Notes: generated by a model not told the origin, from the letters alone. Positions 1 through 11,892 are shown, counted from the first letter of the stretch. The stretch is 64,000 nucleotides of DNA from an uncultured Nitrososphaeraceae archaeon (GCA_963765895.1 CAVXZB010000012.1:17508-81507); one strand, 5' to 3'. Made by a program: numbers and translations.

Positions 1-13
1 TCCGATCTTGTGG

Positions 14-223
14 TCAGTCATTGTTTCTCTCCTTCTTGCTGCCAAAAAAGCCCTTCTTTTCTGCAATTACCACGAGGCGCTGCGAGATGAGGCCGTTTAC
101 CACCATCTCCATGAGGGTCTTGTCAAGCCTCGTGACCTTGGCTATCTTGCCTACCGACTTCATCCCCCTTGGAATTACGTCAAGCATCATTAAGTGGTTC
201 GAGCTATCGTTCACACATGGCAT
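14..223 (-). CDS. Hypothetical winged-helix-like protein, possibly frameshifted or continuing beyond the window edge
   Basis: LMMLDVIPRGMKSVGKIAKVTRLDK...VNGLISQRLV has HTH/wing spacing; it ends abruptly near the window start. Confidence 0.4.
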   Translation of the reverse strand: MPCVNDSSNHLMMLDVIPRGMKSVGKIAKVTRLDKTLMEMVVNGLISQRLVVIAEKKGFFGSKKERNND

Positions 224-463
224 GACATTATTTTAATAAACACAGCATTTAAGTTATTTGCTGGACTGAGTCCTGTGATAATGCAACGTCCTGTAGAGAA
301 CTATCATGGTCGCGGCGTTCAATATCTTGCCTGAGGATCAGCTTTTTAACCTTTTTTGCGCGCACAAACTCCAGTCCGATATCTAGACGATATTCGTAAG
401 ATTGTGCTATTTCCATTTCCTCCTTGGTATCTCCAAGAGCAAGTACATTAGGATGTTCTAAGC

Positions 464-568
464 AATTCCTGTGCTATTTCAGTTTCAGTCATTGACTATA
501 CTAACAGAGTTGCAACTTTCTTCGCCTATCTTCAATTTGTATTATGCATTACCAAGGTTACTATATGC
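464..568 (-). pseudogene. Fragment of the element-type HTH gene (paralog of 21368-21716)
   Basis: Translates KIEDRRRKVATLLV*SMTETEIAQE; about 105 bp is visibly similar at nucleotide level to 21607-21711. Confidence 0.7.
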
Positions 569-672
569 GATCTACTCTTTTGTGAAGGTTATGTTTACAT
601 ATTTGATGGATTGACATGAAAAAGATCCCTTTAAAGAAAAAGATAATTCATTAATTAATTCATCTAGAACAT

Positions 673-1005
673 ATGAAATGCTCATCTCTAAAACAGCCAT
701 ATGCAGATCTTTTGGCATCAGGAAAAGAGACCATAGAATTGAGAAATTGGAACACCAAATTTAGAGGAAAATTCTTGATACATGCTTCAAAAATATCGAT
801 AAGGGAAGATCGGAATCCTTAGGTATCGATTACAAGAAACTTGTGCAAGAAGCGATAATAGGAAGTGCAATTCTGTATGATGTCAAACAATATAAAAGAA
901 AACTGAACTTGAAAAAGATAGAAATAAGCATTATGCAGATATAAAAAATTTGGTTCCTGCAAATATGGATTTATGATAAAGAATTCCCATAGACTTCGAA
1001 GTTGA
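673..1005 (+). pseudogene. ASCH domain protein, frameshifted
   Basis: MKCSSLKQPYADLLASGKETIELRNWNTKFRGKFLIHASK (GxKxxExR ASCH signature), then a frameshift in an A-run to ...AIIGSAILYDVK. Confidence 0.8.
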
Positions 1006-1140
1006 GTATCCTGTTAGATCGTAGGTAAATCATCTATAATTTGGTCTATTCCTATTATCACGAAATTTACCAATCAATCTTTCTTTATTTTTGAGATTAT
1101 AGGCATTAACTTGAAATATTAGATGAATAGCAAACTCTTT

Positions 1141-1800
1141 TCACCACCATTTGAACCTGTAGAAGCTATATAAACGGCTGATTTACCAGAGTATTTCTAT
1201 AAAGTGGATGACAACAAGTCTTCTAGACGTACTCTAATAGTCATGGTGGTTTTCGATTCAACTGTAGAAGCACTTTACTTTGCAGCTGCTTCTGCAGAGA
1301 GGTCATAATTGCTTAACATTTGAAGTACTTAGTCAGGATGGAGTAATATATAAGCAAAAGATTCCATTTAGATACGTTTGGGAAAGAGTAATCACGCCAA
1401 TTGTAGATTATGCATTAACCAGGGCAAACGATGTAGACCATAAAACGCAAAGCGTTAATTATTAGGCATGGAAGGATATTTAGCTGCCAGAGCTGTTGCT
1501 TTTGATCATCGTATAACCGCATGCATATTAAATGCTGATGTTTTTAATGGTTACTATGCTTCCATATCGGGCTTTCCTAAATCCTTACTAACTGCAATAG
1601 AGTGGTAATTCAAAAGTTGTTAATACACTGCTTTACAATTTGATGGAATCTGATCTAAATGTAAGGTTTAACAAGAGATATGGAAGGTGGACAGCTGGAG
1701 TTAATACACCGTTTAAACTCTACAAAAGTCCAAAATTACACTATAAATATTATACAAACATTAAATGTCCGACACTAGTCCTTGGAGCAGATAAAACGAT
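1141..1800 (+). pseudogene. Alpha/beta hydrolase (FrsA-like), multiply disrupted
   Basis: Pieces across frames: PPFEPVE, FDSTVEALYF, RGHNCLTFE..QDGVIYKQKIPFRYVWERVITPIVDY, GYLAARAVAFDHRITACI, IKCPTLVL. Confidence 0.7.
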
Positions 1801-1927
1801 CTATCAGGATCGGATTCTGATACTACTAAATCGTCGCCGCCATCAGGGTTTGATCTTGCATCCTCATATACTGGAATCATCATCATACAATGTCACACAA
1901 AAGATCCGATCACGAATCATGCGATCC

Positions 1928-2040
1928 TACTTTAACAATATTTTCAACATTTTTGGATATTGTCTTCTCGCCTTAGAAGACTTTGCATACACAAATACAC
2001 ATAGTGGGTCTTCCTTTGTTACTACTATCTTTCGTTAGTG
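1928..2040 (-). pseudogene. Possible N-terminal remnant of a tyrosine integrase
   Basis: EDPLCVFVYAKSSKARRQYPKMLKIL resembles, from memory, N-termini of nitrososphaeral integrases; short. Confidence 0.3.
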
Positions 2041-2331
2041 ATAGCGAATTTAACTCATATTAATAAAGCGTGCAGCAATAAAGGAACAACTTTTTTTGGA
2101 TTCATTATCGGCGATGGCGCTATGAATGTAGTAACAGAACAACTGGTGGGACACAAGATATTGTAAGATGTCTAACAGGAATATCGCGATATTATGATCA
2201 GTGGGGCCCCCTCATTACAATTCAGTTGTGCCTTATAGCCTCAAAGTCCAAATCTTGAATGTGATGCTCATTTTGACAGTATCCTTATTACCTACGCTCT
2301 CTCACATGAGATAGAAAGGTATGAAAGATCG

Positions 2332-3066
2332 ATGAATCTCCGTCAATTAGTTGGTCTTAATAGAAATTGGCATATTGGAACGAGACAAGAAAAAGACAAG
2401 ATATTCGAAGAAGTTATAGGATATGATGATATAAAAAAGGTATTCAGGATGGCTCTAAAGTCAGACGAGCCAATCCATGTATTGTTGGTCGGTGCACCAG
2501 CTAGTGCGAAGACAATCTTCCTTGAAGCACTGATGCATAAGTTGGGTGATAAGCAAGCCTACTTTGCTATTGGAAGTAGTAGTACGAAAGCAGGAGTAGT
2601 CAATATGCTATTCATGAAAGAGCCAAAGTATCTGATGGTCGATGAAATCGACAAAATGTCCGCAAGTGACCAGGCAAGCCTGCTTGGCCTGATGGAAACG
2701 GGTGAGATGGTAGAAACTAAGGTAAATAAAACTAGAAGCATTAAACTGAAGACATGGGTATTTGCCACCGCTAATACAACAACAAGATTATCGAAACCAT
2801 TACTCACAAGATTCATGGTGTTTACTCTTAAACCGTATACATACGAAGATTTCGAAGAAGTAACCGTCCATGTTTTAGGAAGACGATACAACGTAAAGAT
2901 GGACTTGGCTATTGTAATTGCCAGTGCAGTATGGCACAAAATGGGTACACCAAACATAAGGCAATGTTTAAAGATCGCAAAGATGACTAAGAAAAAGGAA
3001 GACGTTGAATGGCTTATCGATACTATGGGAAAGTATCAAGATAGTGGAGAGGATTGGAACGAGTAA
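2332..3066 (+). CDS. Stand-alone AAA+ ATPase (MCM/MoxR-like motor domain)
   Basis: Walker A variant GAPASAKT, Walker B LMVDEIDK, sensor-1 ATAN, arginine finger LLTRF. Confidence 0.85.
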   Translation: MNLRQLVGLNRNWHIGTRQEKDKIFEEVIGYDDIKKVFRMALKSDEPIHVLLVGAPASAKTIFLEALMHKLGDKQAYFAIGSSSTKAGVVNMLFMKEPKYLMVDEIDKMSASDQASLLGLMETGEMVETKVNKTRSIKLKTWVFATANTTTRLSKPLLTRFMVFTLKPYTYEDFEEVTVHVLGRRYNVKMDLAIVIASAVWHKMGTPNIRQCLKIAKMTKKKEDVEWLIDTMGKYQDSGEDWNE

Positions 3067-3715
3067 GGTTACAGTTAGAATCCAAAAAGAATTTTAATTG
3101 GATTCATATAGGGATCTTCAACGATGGTAACAAACTGGGAACACCAAAGATACCAAAGATAGATGAACTAAATATGGCATCAGATTAAACATAAGTCATT
3201 ATCTTTGATCGGTAAAACTGGGCCTGATTATATTGAAGCCAAGAGTTGCCCTTGGAACGGTGAGTCTTCATTAATTGCAGATAGGACCAATGCTCTGACT
3301 GAAGTAAGATTGTCGGCCTCCATAATATGTTAAATGAACAAAGGGTTCGAAGTAGTGAAAGAAGAAAAATCTGATGTATTTACAAAGCGATAAAAAGTAC
3401 CGTAAATTTTTTGGCATAGCCATAGCGTGTCGTGTTATATTAGGTCTAGGCAACCAAATCAAATGGCTTCCATCAATATCAGCAGTGGTTGAGACTTTGT
3501 CTCACCATTGGATTACAGTAAGTTGACTATCTAACAATATTCGTTCAGTTTATTAATTATTCTTATAGTCGTGTAGATATCTCATTGGTGAGTGTAGATC
3601 CAAACACTGGTAGAAGACTGCAATCAGGTCTATCAATTCCAACCCTTCACCAGTTTCTATTAATTCACCAATTTTACTAGGTGTGTGACTAGACTAATTT
3701 CTTTTATCAGGTTTA

Positions 3716-3851
3716 TCATTGTGCATGAATCTTGTATTTATGACTCCTTAACTCCTTCTTGCTATCAAATAGGACATTACAACCATACATTTAGACTCAA
3801 AATCACCTGGATACGTGAATCGCTTTTCTCGATTTGGAGGGATCAAGGCAT
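3716..3851 (-). pseudogene. Small C2H2 zinc-finger protein, disrupted
   Basis: KC/xGCNVLFDSKKELRSHKYKIHAQ* with a frameshift inside the CxxC and a stop after the start codon. Confidence 0.4.
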
Positions 3852-4477
3852 ATTAACATGAAGTTTTAAGCGAACCCTGCCCATAAACAAGATTAATAAA
3901 TCTCAGCTATCTTTTGTCCTCTCTTTTCTTTACTACACCACGGGCGTATCGGAAAGATTCCAGCGACGCTATTGGCCTATCGAATTAGGAATCTCTAATA
4001 TACCAGCCTGGTTTAGTTATTACACCTCAATGTTATCTGTAGAAGCCACAATTTAGCCTCAATTAAGAGAGATGATAATAACTAGAAGATCATGACGCTT
4101 CTAAATAATCCTAATTTATACACAGTATTTGGCGCGCCTCATGAAAGATATGGCTTCTATTATTATTGTCCATATACTCAGTCTATAGATTTGATCTCTC
4201 AATCCAGAAAACCTCTTTAATATGATATATTTCATAACGTTAATAGATGACACTCTTTTCCGATATGACTATAGCTGACTTCAAGAATCGGATATTATGC
4301 GACTTGATAGAATTTACCATGTGATAGAATTAAATACATGTTCACTTCGACTAATGTGCTACTATCCATAAATTTGAGTCAACAGTTTTGTTTGGGCAAT
4401 CAATTCATTACAGGCCTTCCATGGTTAGAGCTCACAATTCTTATATACTATCCATAGTCAAGTTTATGAGATAAAAT

Positions 4478-4735
4478 ATGGCAGATTCAGTAGAAAACTG
4501 GGAATCACTAGTTCAAAAAACTGTCAGATCAAGTGATGGAAACTTAATAGGAAATGTTGATGCAGTGGATGAAAATTCTATATTGGTGTCCACAGAAGGC
4601 GGAAGAACAAGATACAAGATACCAAAACATATTGTACAGGGTTTTGATGGTCATCAAGTATCACTTAATGTACAGAAAACAGAGCTTGAAAGATTCAAGG
4701 GAGCCGAAGCTGAAGGCTTTAGAGAAGTAAAGTAA
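4478..4735 (+). CDS. PRC-barrel/DUF2171-like small protein
   Basis: VRSSDGNLIGNVDAV...YKIPKHIVQGFDGHQVSL pattern; intact 85-aa ORF. Confidence 0.7.
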   Translation: MADSVENWESLVQKTVRSSDGNLIGNVDAVDENSILVSTEGGRTRYKIPKHIVQGFDGHQVSLNVQKTELERFKGAEAEGFREVK

Positions 4736-5216
4736 AATAATGGTAAGAGCAGTAGCCTCTGCTTACTAGCTAATGGACTAATCATTATTTCTTTCATTAT
4801 ATACAATAATAGTATTTCATATGCTTCTTAACAGCTATTGGAGTTTGTAATAGTTTTTCTATCCATGAGATTGTAGTTGAATTTGTGGACTTCGCCTTTC
4901 TACTACCTACTAGCCTCTGCATTAACTTTTCATTAATGAGCCACCTCATAAAATCGCGCAACAGGTAGTTTATTGCACGTCTTTGACCATCCCATAGTTG
5001 TACTATTTTAATTTCCTGTGCGCATTTTGAATTGATGGTCCCAGATCCCAGGAACTCTCGCGAGACATGAGTTTACTGTAGGATTATTTAATTATAGTAA
5101 AGAGTATTGCATAATGTACCTTAATCATATTTACTCATTTCATATCATAGCAAGATTTTACAAATTACAAATAGGATCTACTACAATATATCAATATCTC
5201 TAACTAAATAATTATT

Positions 5217-5438
5217 ATGGAAAAAGGAATAAACCATGAAAGGCTTAGGCTACTCATAATAGCTGTGGCGATTGTAGCAGTTAGTAGTATTGCTATCATC
5301 GAGACTGAGCCAAGAGTTAGTGCGCATACAGACCAACCATTAGTACTCGCGGCACGATCCTGTGTCATATACCAAACTTATCCTGCAACAATGGACTGTT
5401 CATTGGCAATAGGTAAAAGTACATTCAAAGTAGTATAA
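5217..5438 (+). CDS. Small secreted or membrane-anchored hypothetical protein
   Basis: ATG start, N-terminal hydrophobic helix, two Cys. Confidence 0.45.
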   Translation: MEKGINHERLRLLIIAVAIVAVSSIAIIETEPRVSAHTDQPLVLAARSCVIYQTYPATMDCSLAIGKSTFKVV

Positions 5439-5520
5439 CAAATTTTACTTTTGTTGACGCAGAACGCTTCTGTCTGTCAATATCCAAAGGACTAGTGGTT
5501 ATTTATTTTGCAGCGTAATT

Positions 5521-5643
5521 ATGACGACAATCTTTATTCTAGTGCACGGCACCGAAAATGGTGCCTGATGCTGGCGTTTTATAGCTCCCCTTATGAAAGC
5601 TGCAAGACAAGATATCTGCACACTTACACTAGCTGAATTAGGC
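5521..5643 (+). pseudogene. N-terminal fragment of an alpha/beta hydrolase (esterase)
   Basis: MTTIFILVHGTENGA*CWRFIAPLMKAARQDICTLTL matches the LVHGxxxGAWCW motif. Confidence 0.65.
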
Positions 5644-6559
5644 GTAGAAATCTAAAGTCCTATATGATAACGACGAATCCTTGGAATGCAGCTAGATTCA
5701 AGATAGTTAGAATAACTGATGATATCTCAACTGCTGCCTAGTTTCCAGTGCGCGCCTCTTAAAAGACAATATACCTAGTTTCTATCAACATACCGGAGCG
5801 TCATTCTATACGTATGATACCTCAATTTGGAACATGACATGGATACATACCGGCATGGGCACTACCTCTAGAGTCGTCAAAGCCATCAGTGCAGTCATTA
5901 TCATTTTCTGGATTTACGTTATTATTATCATAACTACTAAACATTTCTGACTTTGCATTCGTCTTTCACAGTTCTTGGATATAGTCTTGATCTCATCATT
6001 ATAAAATCTGTCTATCCTTCCTATTTTATTAGAATCATATGTCAATATGCTTACTTTATTAGTACGCATCTTAGTAGCTCCGAATTATCGCACGGGAGCT
6101 TTGTAATCGTATTTTTATGACTTCCAGTCGGAGGATCTGATACTGATGGCTTACAAGGACCAAGAACCAGGACTAGGCTCATGATGCTAATGTCTAGATT
6201 TTTTCGGCGCAGAAAAAATATCGGATTACTATTTATGCAATATTTTTGTATTTTATTTCAGACGTTGAAGGCATTCAATTCTGCATCTACTCCATACGTT
6301 TTTCTTGAAATTACAAATTGGTAAAACAATCAGAGCCTTATTGTTTTACGTGTTTCTGACTTTCTCATGCTAGATCCTGCTTACAGTCAAGAAAATGCAG
6401 CTTCAACTACTAGTACTACTATAGATTCAGGTCCATCGCAACAGGAAACTAATATAACAGACTATAAAACATAATCATCTAGGCATCTTGTTTTGTTTTT
6501 TCTTGACCTATGCAATATTTAATTAAAAGCTTGCTGTATACCACGATGATGATCTCTCA

Positions 6560-7055
6560 ATGGGAGCGCAACAACATTCGAAAGCAGACAAACATCCAAA
6601 CGATTCGAGAGCTGAGATGACAATTATGATGCTCGCCTTCAGACGCTAATCCAAAAGGCAATGTGTTCGGAGGTGTTATATTAAAACATGTAGATCTTAT
6701 TGCAGGTTTATGCGCCAAAAGACATGCTGGTCGTGCCAATATCGTCACGGCAAGTATGGATAGAATGACTTTTTTAAAGCCTATATTCATTGGTAATGCA
6801 CTAATTCTTTCTGCAAGACTAAATTATGTAAAAAGATCTTCTATGGAAGTTGAAGTTACTGTGGAAGCTGAAGATCTAGACGACAGTATGAGAATTCACG
6901 CAGGAACAGCATTTGTTACCATGGTTGCTCTTGATAAATATGGAAAGCCTACAGAAGTTCCAGCACTGATATTGGAAAGAGATGATTATAAAATACGATT
7001 TCAACAAGGTGAAGCAAGAATGATTTCTCGTCTAAAGGAAGCAGGCAGAATGTAA
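6560..7055 (+). pseudogene. Acyl-CoA thioesterase (HotDog fold) with a frameshift near 6634
   Basis: MGAQ...EMTIMML, then a shift to PSDANPKGNVFGGVILKHVD...VTASMDRMTFLKPI...AFVTMVALD..GKP. Confidence 0.85.
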
Positions 7056-7109
7056 TTCAGATACTTTTAGGCTGTTCTTTTCAATTCTATTTATAGTCTG
7101 GTAATTTCA

Positions 7110-7350
7110 AGGTACATCTCCTTCTGCAGCCAAAAATACAATGTCAGAAGGTCTTACCTATGAATCGCCATTATGTTCACTTATCTATGAATGAGGATAC
7201 AGCATTACAGATAGGAAAGTGCAATACCACTTTAAAAAAAGGAAGAAGTGATAATCACTATTTATGCAATTGAAGCATCACTATAATACAGAAATCTCTT
7301 TTTATCAAGCTTCAGATTCAGTATGGCTGAAATTAAAACATCATCCATTT
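7110..7350 (+). pseudogene. C-terminal remnant of RNA 2'-phosphotransferase (Tpt1/KptA family)
   Basis: GTSPSAAKNTMSEGL/PMNRHYVHLS..DTALQIGK...FYQASDSVWL, with frameshifts and stops. Confidence 0.65.
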
Positions 7351-7705
7351 ACCATATGAGAAAAGTATCATAGATGTATTAGAGATTTGGCAATAATCAT
7401 CTACATTGCTTAATTAAGAATTGCTTACGAATGCATCTTCATAAGGATACCTTATGAAAGATTGTTATATTCAAAGCCAGAGTGAAAGCCAAAAAAGTTG
7501 TGTACTGAGGTTATAGAGTTGATTATTATGGTAATCATGAAAACTACAGATTATTTTAATTTCTTAAAATTGCACTAAGGTTTATTATTAAGAAATTAAG
7601 AACCTAATTAAATGTTATCAGTTCTTCAATAACTAGATTTAAAAGCAATGTGAAGAAGACCAAAGACTATAACCCTTATGAGATATTTCGATCATAATAA
7701 AACAA

Positions 7706-8040
7706 ATGTCCAATGTATCAACTGATCGAAACTATACAGACAATACACAATCTGGGGTCGGTGCAACGACGGAAAGGGTAGTGACTCTACAGGGGAACCA
7801 GCTACAAATGAGACAACGGATAGAGATGCAGCATCTAAAATGGCAAATCTACTGGAGGGTTTACAATTTCCGGCAACTAAAGAAGATATAAAAACCATAT
7901 AAATAGAAAATCCCCTACTATGGCAAATAGAATTAATGATATACTAGAAGCTGTTCAAAATCGTCTTGAAGATGGTGTTAAATATGACAGTGTCTATACA
8001 ATAGAGTTAGCTGCAGGGTTAGGTACAGAAAAAAGAATGA
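7706..8040 (+). pseudogene. DUF2795 domain protein, frameshifted
   Basis: MANLLEGLQFPATKEDIK...ILEAVQNRLEDGVKYDSVYTIELAAG across frames. Confidence 0.7.
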
Positions 8041-8231
8041 ATATTTATTGATTATAGTAAATCGTTTATTTTAGGTTCGTAGTGAAAGTTGTAAGTGATA
8101 GCGAGGACGATAATCTTTTGCTTTTATGGAACAAAGGTTATAGTGAGGAGAAATTAGCTCGTATTCTAGTTTTTATATACACTAACTTATCCAAGCGATC
8201 CACCAGCGAATAATGTGTAATGGTCAACAAC

Positions 8232-8727
8232 CTAGGTTTTCTTGTGAAGATAATTCATTTCTTTTCTTAGGACTGGTGATATTAAGATAATACAACCATT
8301 TGAAAATCTGAATAATATTACACATCTAATATTGTAACTTCCTATCCATTTATGCAATGGATCTTCATCCTCAGGCTTGCGACTTTTATCCAAATAGGAA
8401 AGAACATCCTCTCTTGTCATATTAATAAATTTCTTGTTAGTTCCAACTATCCTTGATAATTCTGAAAGAAACTAAATTGTATATCTAACGTAGTTATATC
8501 TTGGATTAATTTCTCTTTTCATTGCTATGATATAGTCACATATTGTCATGGCATTTTCTTTTGATACTCTGTTTCTATCGTTAAGAGCTAATTCAGGGAA
8601 CTTTCTTGTAAAACATTCTGTTGCTAGAGTTATTCTCCTTTCCAGTATTTCATCGTTTAGTACTGCTAGTTCGCCTGTCGTTATTGTGCCAGCTATTGAC
8701 TTTTTAATATCTATAGTCTTTTTAACT
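8232..8727 (-). pseudogene. N-terminal part of a tyrosine recombinase/integrase; catalytic domain missing
   Basis: ENAMTICDYIIAMKREINP...MTREDVLSYLDKSRKPEDEDPLHKWIGSYN...RF/KWLYY; internal stop and frameshift. Confidence 0.55.
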
Positions 8728-8828
8728 TATGGAACACTCCAGTTGTATCAAACTAGTATCTTAATAATACTTTCTATGAGGGAGTATTACTATGCGGTAA
8801 TATTTAATCATACAATATAGTATCATTA

Positions 8829-9614
8829 TTATACAGAACTGAGAAAGTTATCAATTCTAATTTGTAAATCCTTGTTAATTTCAGGGATAGATCTATTTCC
8901 ATTAATTGGAATTAAGCCATATTGTTTTTGCATTCTGAGGAATTCCTTAGCTATCATGCCTTGATATCTCAAAAAAGAATCTAGCATATCTTCAGATAGA
9001 CCAAGATCAGCGCCTGATTCATAGTAATCTAACGACAAATTCTTTTGAAATACTCTATGCATTAATTCACTTGGATGTACATCAAGATAGAATACCAAGT
9101 CTGGTCTAATTGCAAATCCAAACAAATTGTGAGACCATCTTCTGTTTATCCCTCTGACGGCATCCCGGGCCATAAGGGTAAATATGTATCTATCTGCAAG
9201 CACGACATAACCTGAACACAGAGCAGGTACAATCTTATTTTCAAGTTGATCTGCAACATCTGCAGCATAAAATAAACTTAATGTCCTTTTTCCTAAAACG
9301 AAGTTTCTTTTTGCTTCAAGTATCCCAGCTCCTATGAGTTCTGATCGCCTGAGACCAGTATTTAATACAGCATGGCCATCAGCTTCCAATTTAGATGTAA
9401 TCATTGTGATCTGCGTACTTCGTCCTGAAGAATCTGGTCCTTCAATAACAATAAGACGACCTTTCATCTCTTTATCCCCTAAATATGAAATACCCTCTCC
9501 ATAATAGGCTAATTGTTTGTGACCTATGGATTTTAGATTAGTAGAATTAAGGATGCCATGTTTTGTATTTTGCAACAAATGCCGCCTCGGTCTTCTCCTG
9601 TTTTGCCTACCCAA
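8829..9614 (-). CDS. Thymidylate-kinase-like protein with a non-canonical P-loop; candidate polyphosphate kinase subunit
   Basis: EGPDSSGRST P-loop (K to R), VVLADRY, PDLVFYLDV; Arg-rich N-terminus; in a cluster with ppx. Confidence 0.85.
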   Translation of the reverse strand: MGRQNRRRPRRHLLQNTKHGILNSTNLKSIGHKQLAYYGEGISYLGDKEMKGRLIVIEGPDSSGRSTQITMITSKLEADGHAVLNTGLRRSELIGAGILEAKRNFVLGKRTLSLFYAADVADQLENKIVPALCSGYVVLADRYIFTLMARDAVRGINRRWSHNLFGFAIRPDLVFYLDVHPSELMHRVFQKNLSLDYYESGADLGLSEDMLDSFLRYQGMIAKEFLRMQKQYGLIPINGNRSIPEINKDLQIRIDNFLSSV

Positions 9615-9634
9615 TTCAAGTATTCATCTCCATA

Positions 9635-10333
9635 TTATTTTCGTAATTCTTTCAATTGAAATTGATTTCGACGAATTGTGGACTTAAAATGATTTCGTAC
9701 AATTTGTTGTTGTTCTTCTATTCCAAAAGTGCCATCTATGATAATAAATCCTTCGTTCTCAGTCATCGATTCATACTGGTCTATAATTCTACTTTGGAAA
9801 ATTCTATAACTTTCATATTGGTCGTTACTCAAATTCATATCCATTCCTGCTTCATAATATTTTAGTTTAGGTCTACCTGTCAATATTCTTTCGATTGCAA
9901 TATCTATAGGCACTCTAAAGTAAAAAGTCAAGTCAGGCTTTCTTGCATAGTCATAAACTTGTTGTATCCACTTAGAACTACATCCCCTTACAATATCTCT
10001 CGCATATGCGGTATACACATATCTATCTGCTAAGACAATGTAACCCGCACGAAGCAGTGGGAAAATATTTCGTTCGTATCTATCAGCAAAATCAGTTGCA
10101 TGTAATAAGCTAAAAGTTGTTGGCGTTAGTTTACCTTTCTTTTTTCCCTTCGATGTGATTTCTTTGACCATTTCAGATGAATTCCATTCGGTTAAAAATA
10201 CTGGCAGACCTTCGAACCTTAGCCATTTTTCAAGTAACCGAATCTGAGTAGACTTACCAGAGCCATCAATACCTTCAACTACGACAAGCTTACCTTTAAC
10301 TTCGAATTTGTCTTGGGATAAAGAATACTTCAT
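9635..10333 (-). CDS. Thymidylate-kinase-like protein; candidate polyphosphate kinase subunit
   Basis: EGIDGSGKST P-loop, IVLADRY, PDLTFYF; immediately downstream of ppx. Confidence 0.88.
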   Translation of the reverse strand: MKYSLSQDKFEVKGKLVVVEGIDGSGKSTQIRLLEKWLRFEGLPVFLTEWNSSEMVKEITSKGKKKGKLTPTTFSLLHATDFADRYERNIFPLLRAGYIVLADRYVYTAYARDIVRGCSSKWIQQVYDYARKPDLTFYFRVPIDIAIERILTGRPKLKYYEAGMDMNLSNDQYESYRIFQSRIIDQYESMTENEGFIIIDGTFGIEEQQQIVRNHFKSTIRRNQFQLKELRK

Positions 10334-10341
10334 ATCTACAT

Positions 10342-11892
10342 CTACTTTTTGTTATCCCTCATTCTTATCAATGGAACGTTAATATTATGTGAATCAGATA
10401 CCACTTTTTCAAAATAAAGGGAATAATCAATTGAAATGTCAAATGCATTTTCTATTTTCTTGATTGCACCATCTAATAATATATATGGGAAATGTTTTTT
10501 ACTTGTTCCTATATTAATATCAAGTGTAATCTTCTTTTTGCTTAAATCTTGTACATTAACCTTACATCTATTCCTTTGTAGTATACTAATAAGCGTAATA
10601 CAAGCAGCAATTTTTTCAATAGATAGTTTATTTTGAGGTTGCAATATGGATTTATATCTTTCAAATAACCAATTTGCAGTTTTTACCTTTCTAGTATAAA
10701 CTATTGATAGAGCAAGTACCAGCTGCTCACCATGGGTAAGATATTTGAAATCATCATCTATAATCATGTAAAACAGATTGTGTATATTTGTAACATATGG
10801 TAACTCAGATATTTGTTTTAATGCAATAGCAAGTATCTCGTATTCCCTTTCCTTAATTAATCCTGTTGAAAGCAATGATAGCATAAAGTTTTTTCCAGAT
10901 CTTGGCAGTTTTTGTAACTTGCAACTAGACTTGATTGAGTTTTGAATCTGATCTAAACTCTTCGAAAATTTCATAGAGTTTAGATATGATAAAAGAACTC
11001 CTTCTCTCAATCCTTGCGAACTTACAATGATCTTATCAAATCGTAATTCCTGCATTAAAAGATGTATTATACATGAACCTGTTGTGATAGTTTCTGCTCT
11101 ATCCTTACCGATTGCCTCAATATTCGCAAGTTCATGTGGTGTCATTTTAGAGAATTTATTATTAATTAATTCAACTGATTTGTTGTCAATGTGATAATTA
11201 TGGATTTTATTAAGTGCATATTTACTAACTTCTTGATCATATCTAGCTATTGCACGCAGCGTGCCTCCAACCCCGATGAGCGAAGTATCAGGGCTTAAAT
11301 TAAGATCTTTTCTGCTTGGCAGATTTTTAATTATATAATCCTTCATCTTTTCATAATCCTTTTTGTCAAACATAGTATATTGGGAATTTGATATTCCATA
11401 TTTCTGCGATAGCCTTAATACCCCAAATGGTAATGATACAAGTTTCTTGATATTAAAATTTTCTGTGTATACCATTTCCAGACTACCACCACCTAAATCA
11501 AAGAAGAGGGACGTGGGAATACATGTGGAATTTGATGCCCCCATGTAAGAGTATAATGCTTCTTCCTCTTCAGATAGTACCCTGAATTGAAATTCTGTCT
11601 CTTCTTTTAGCTCCTTAAGAAACTTTTCTCTGTTTCCAGCTTCTCTAACTGCACTTGTAGCTACCGGAAGCACATGTCCAATTGATTCAAACTTGATGAT
11701 ATCTCTAAACATTTTTAATGCATTGACTGTTCGCTGAATAGATTTTCTTGCAATATTGCCAGTGGTAACGAGATCATCTCCGGCTTTAACTTTTATACCC
11801 TCTTGAAAGTATGCCTTATAGAGACCTCTTTGTACTTTATAATTCGCTAATTTTATTGAATTATAACCAAGATCTATTATAGATATTTTCAA
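10342..11892 (-). CDS. ppx: Exopolyphosphatase, Ppx/GppA family
   Basis: IIDLGYNSIKL, VATSAVREAGN, LSEEEEA, DLGGGSLE, GVGGTLRA, GLREG. Confidence 0.92.
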   Translation of the reverse strand: MKISIIDLGYNSIKLANYKVQRGLYKAYFQEGIKVKAGDDLVTTGNIARKSIQRTVNALKMFRDIIKFESIGHVLPVATSAVREAGNREKFLKELKEETEFQFRVLSEEEEALYSYMGASNSTCIPTSLFFDLGGGSLEMVYTENFNIKKLVSLPFGVLRLSQKYGISNSQYTMFDKKDYEKMKDYIIKNLPSRKDLNLSPDTSLIGVGGTLRAIARYDQEVSKYALNKIHNYHIDNKSVELINNKFSKMTPHELANIEAIGKDRAETITTGSCIIHLLMQELRFDKIIVSSQGLREGVLLSYLNSMKFSKSLDQIQNSIKSSCKLQKLPRSGKNFMLSLLSTGLIKEREYEILAIALKQISELPYVTNIHNLFYMIIDDDFKYLTHGEQLVLALSIVYTRKVKTANWLFERYKSILQPQNKLSIEKIAACITLISILQRNRCKVNVQDLSKKKITLDINIGTSKKHFPYILLDGAIKKIENAFDISIDYSLYFEKVVSDSHNINVPLIRMRDNKK

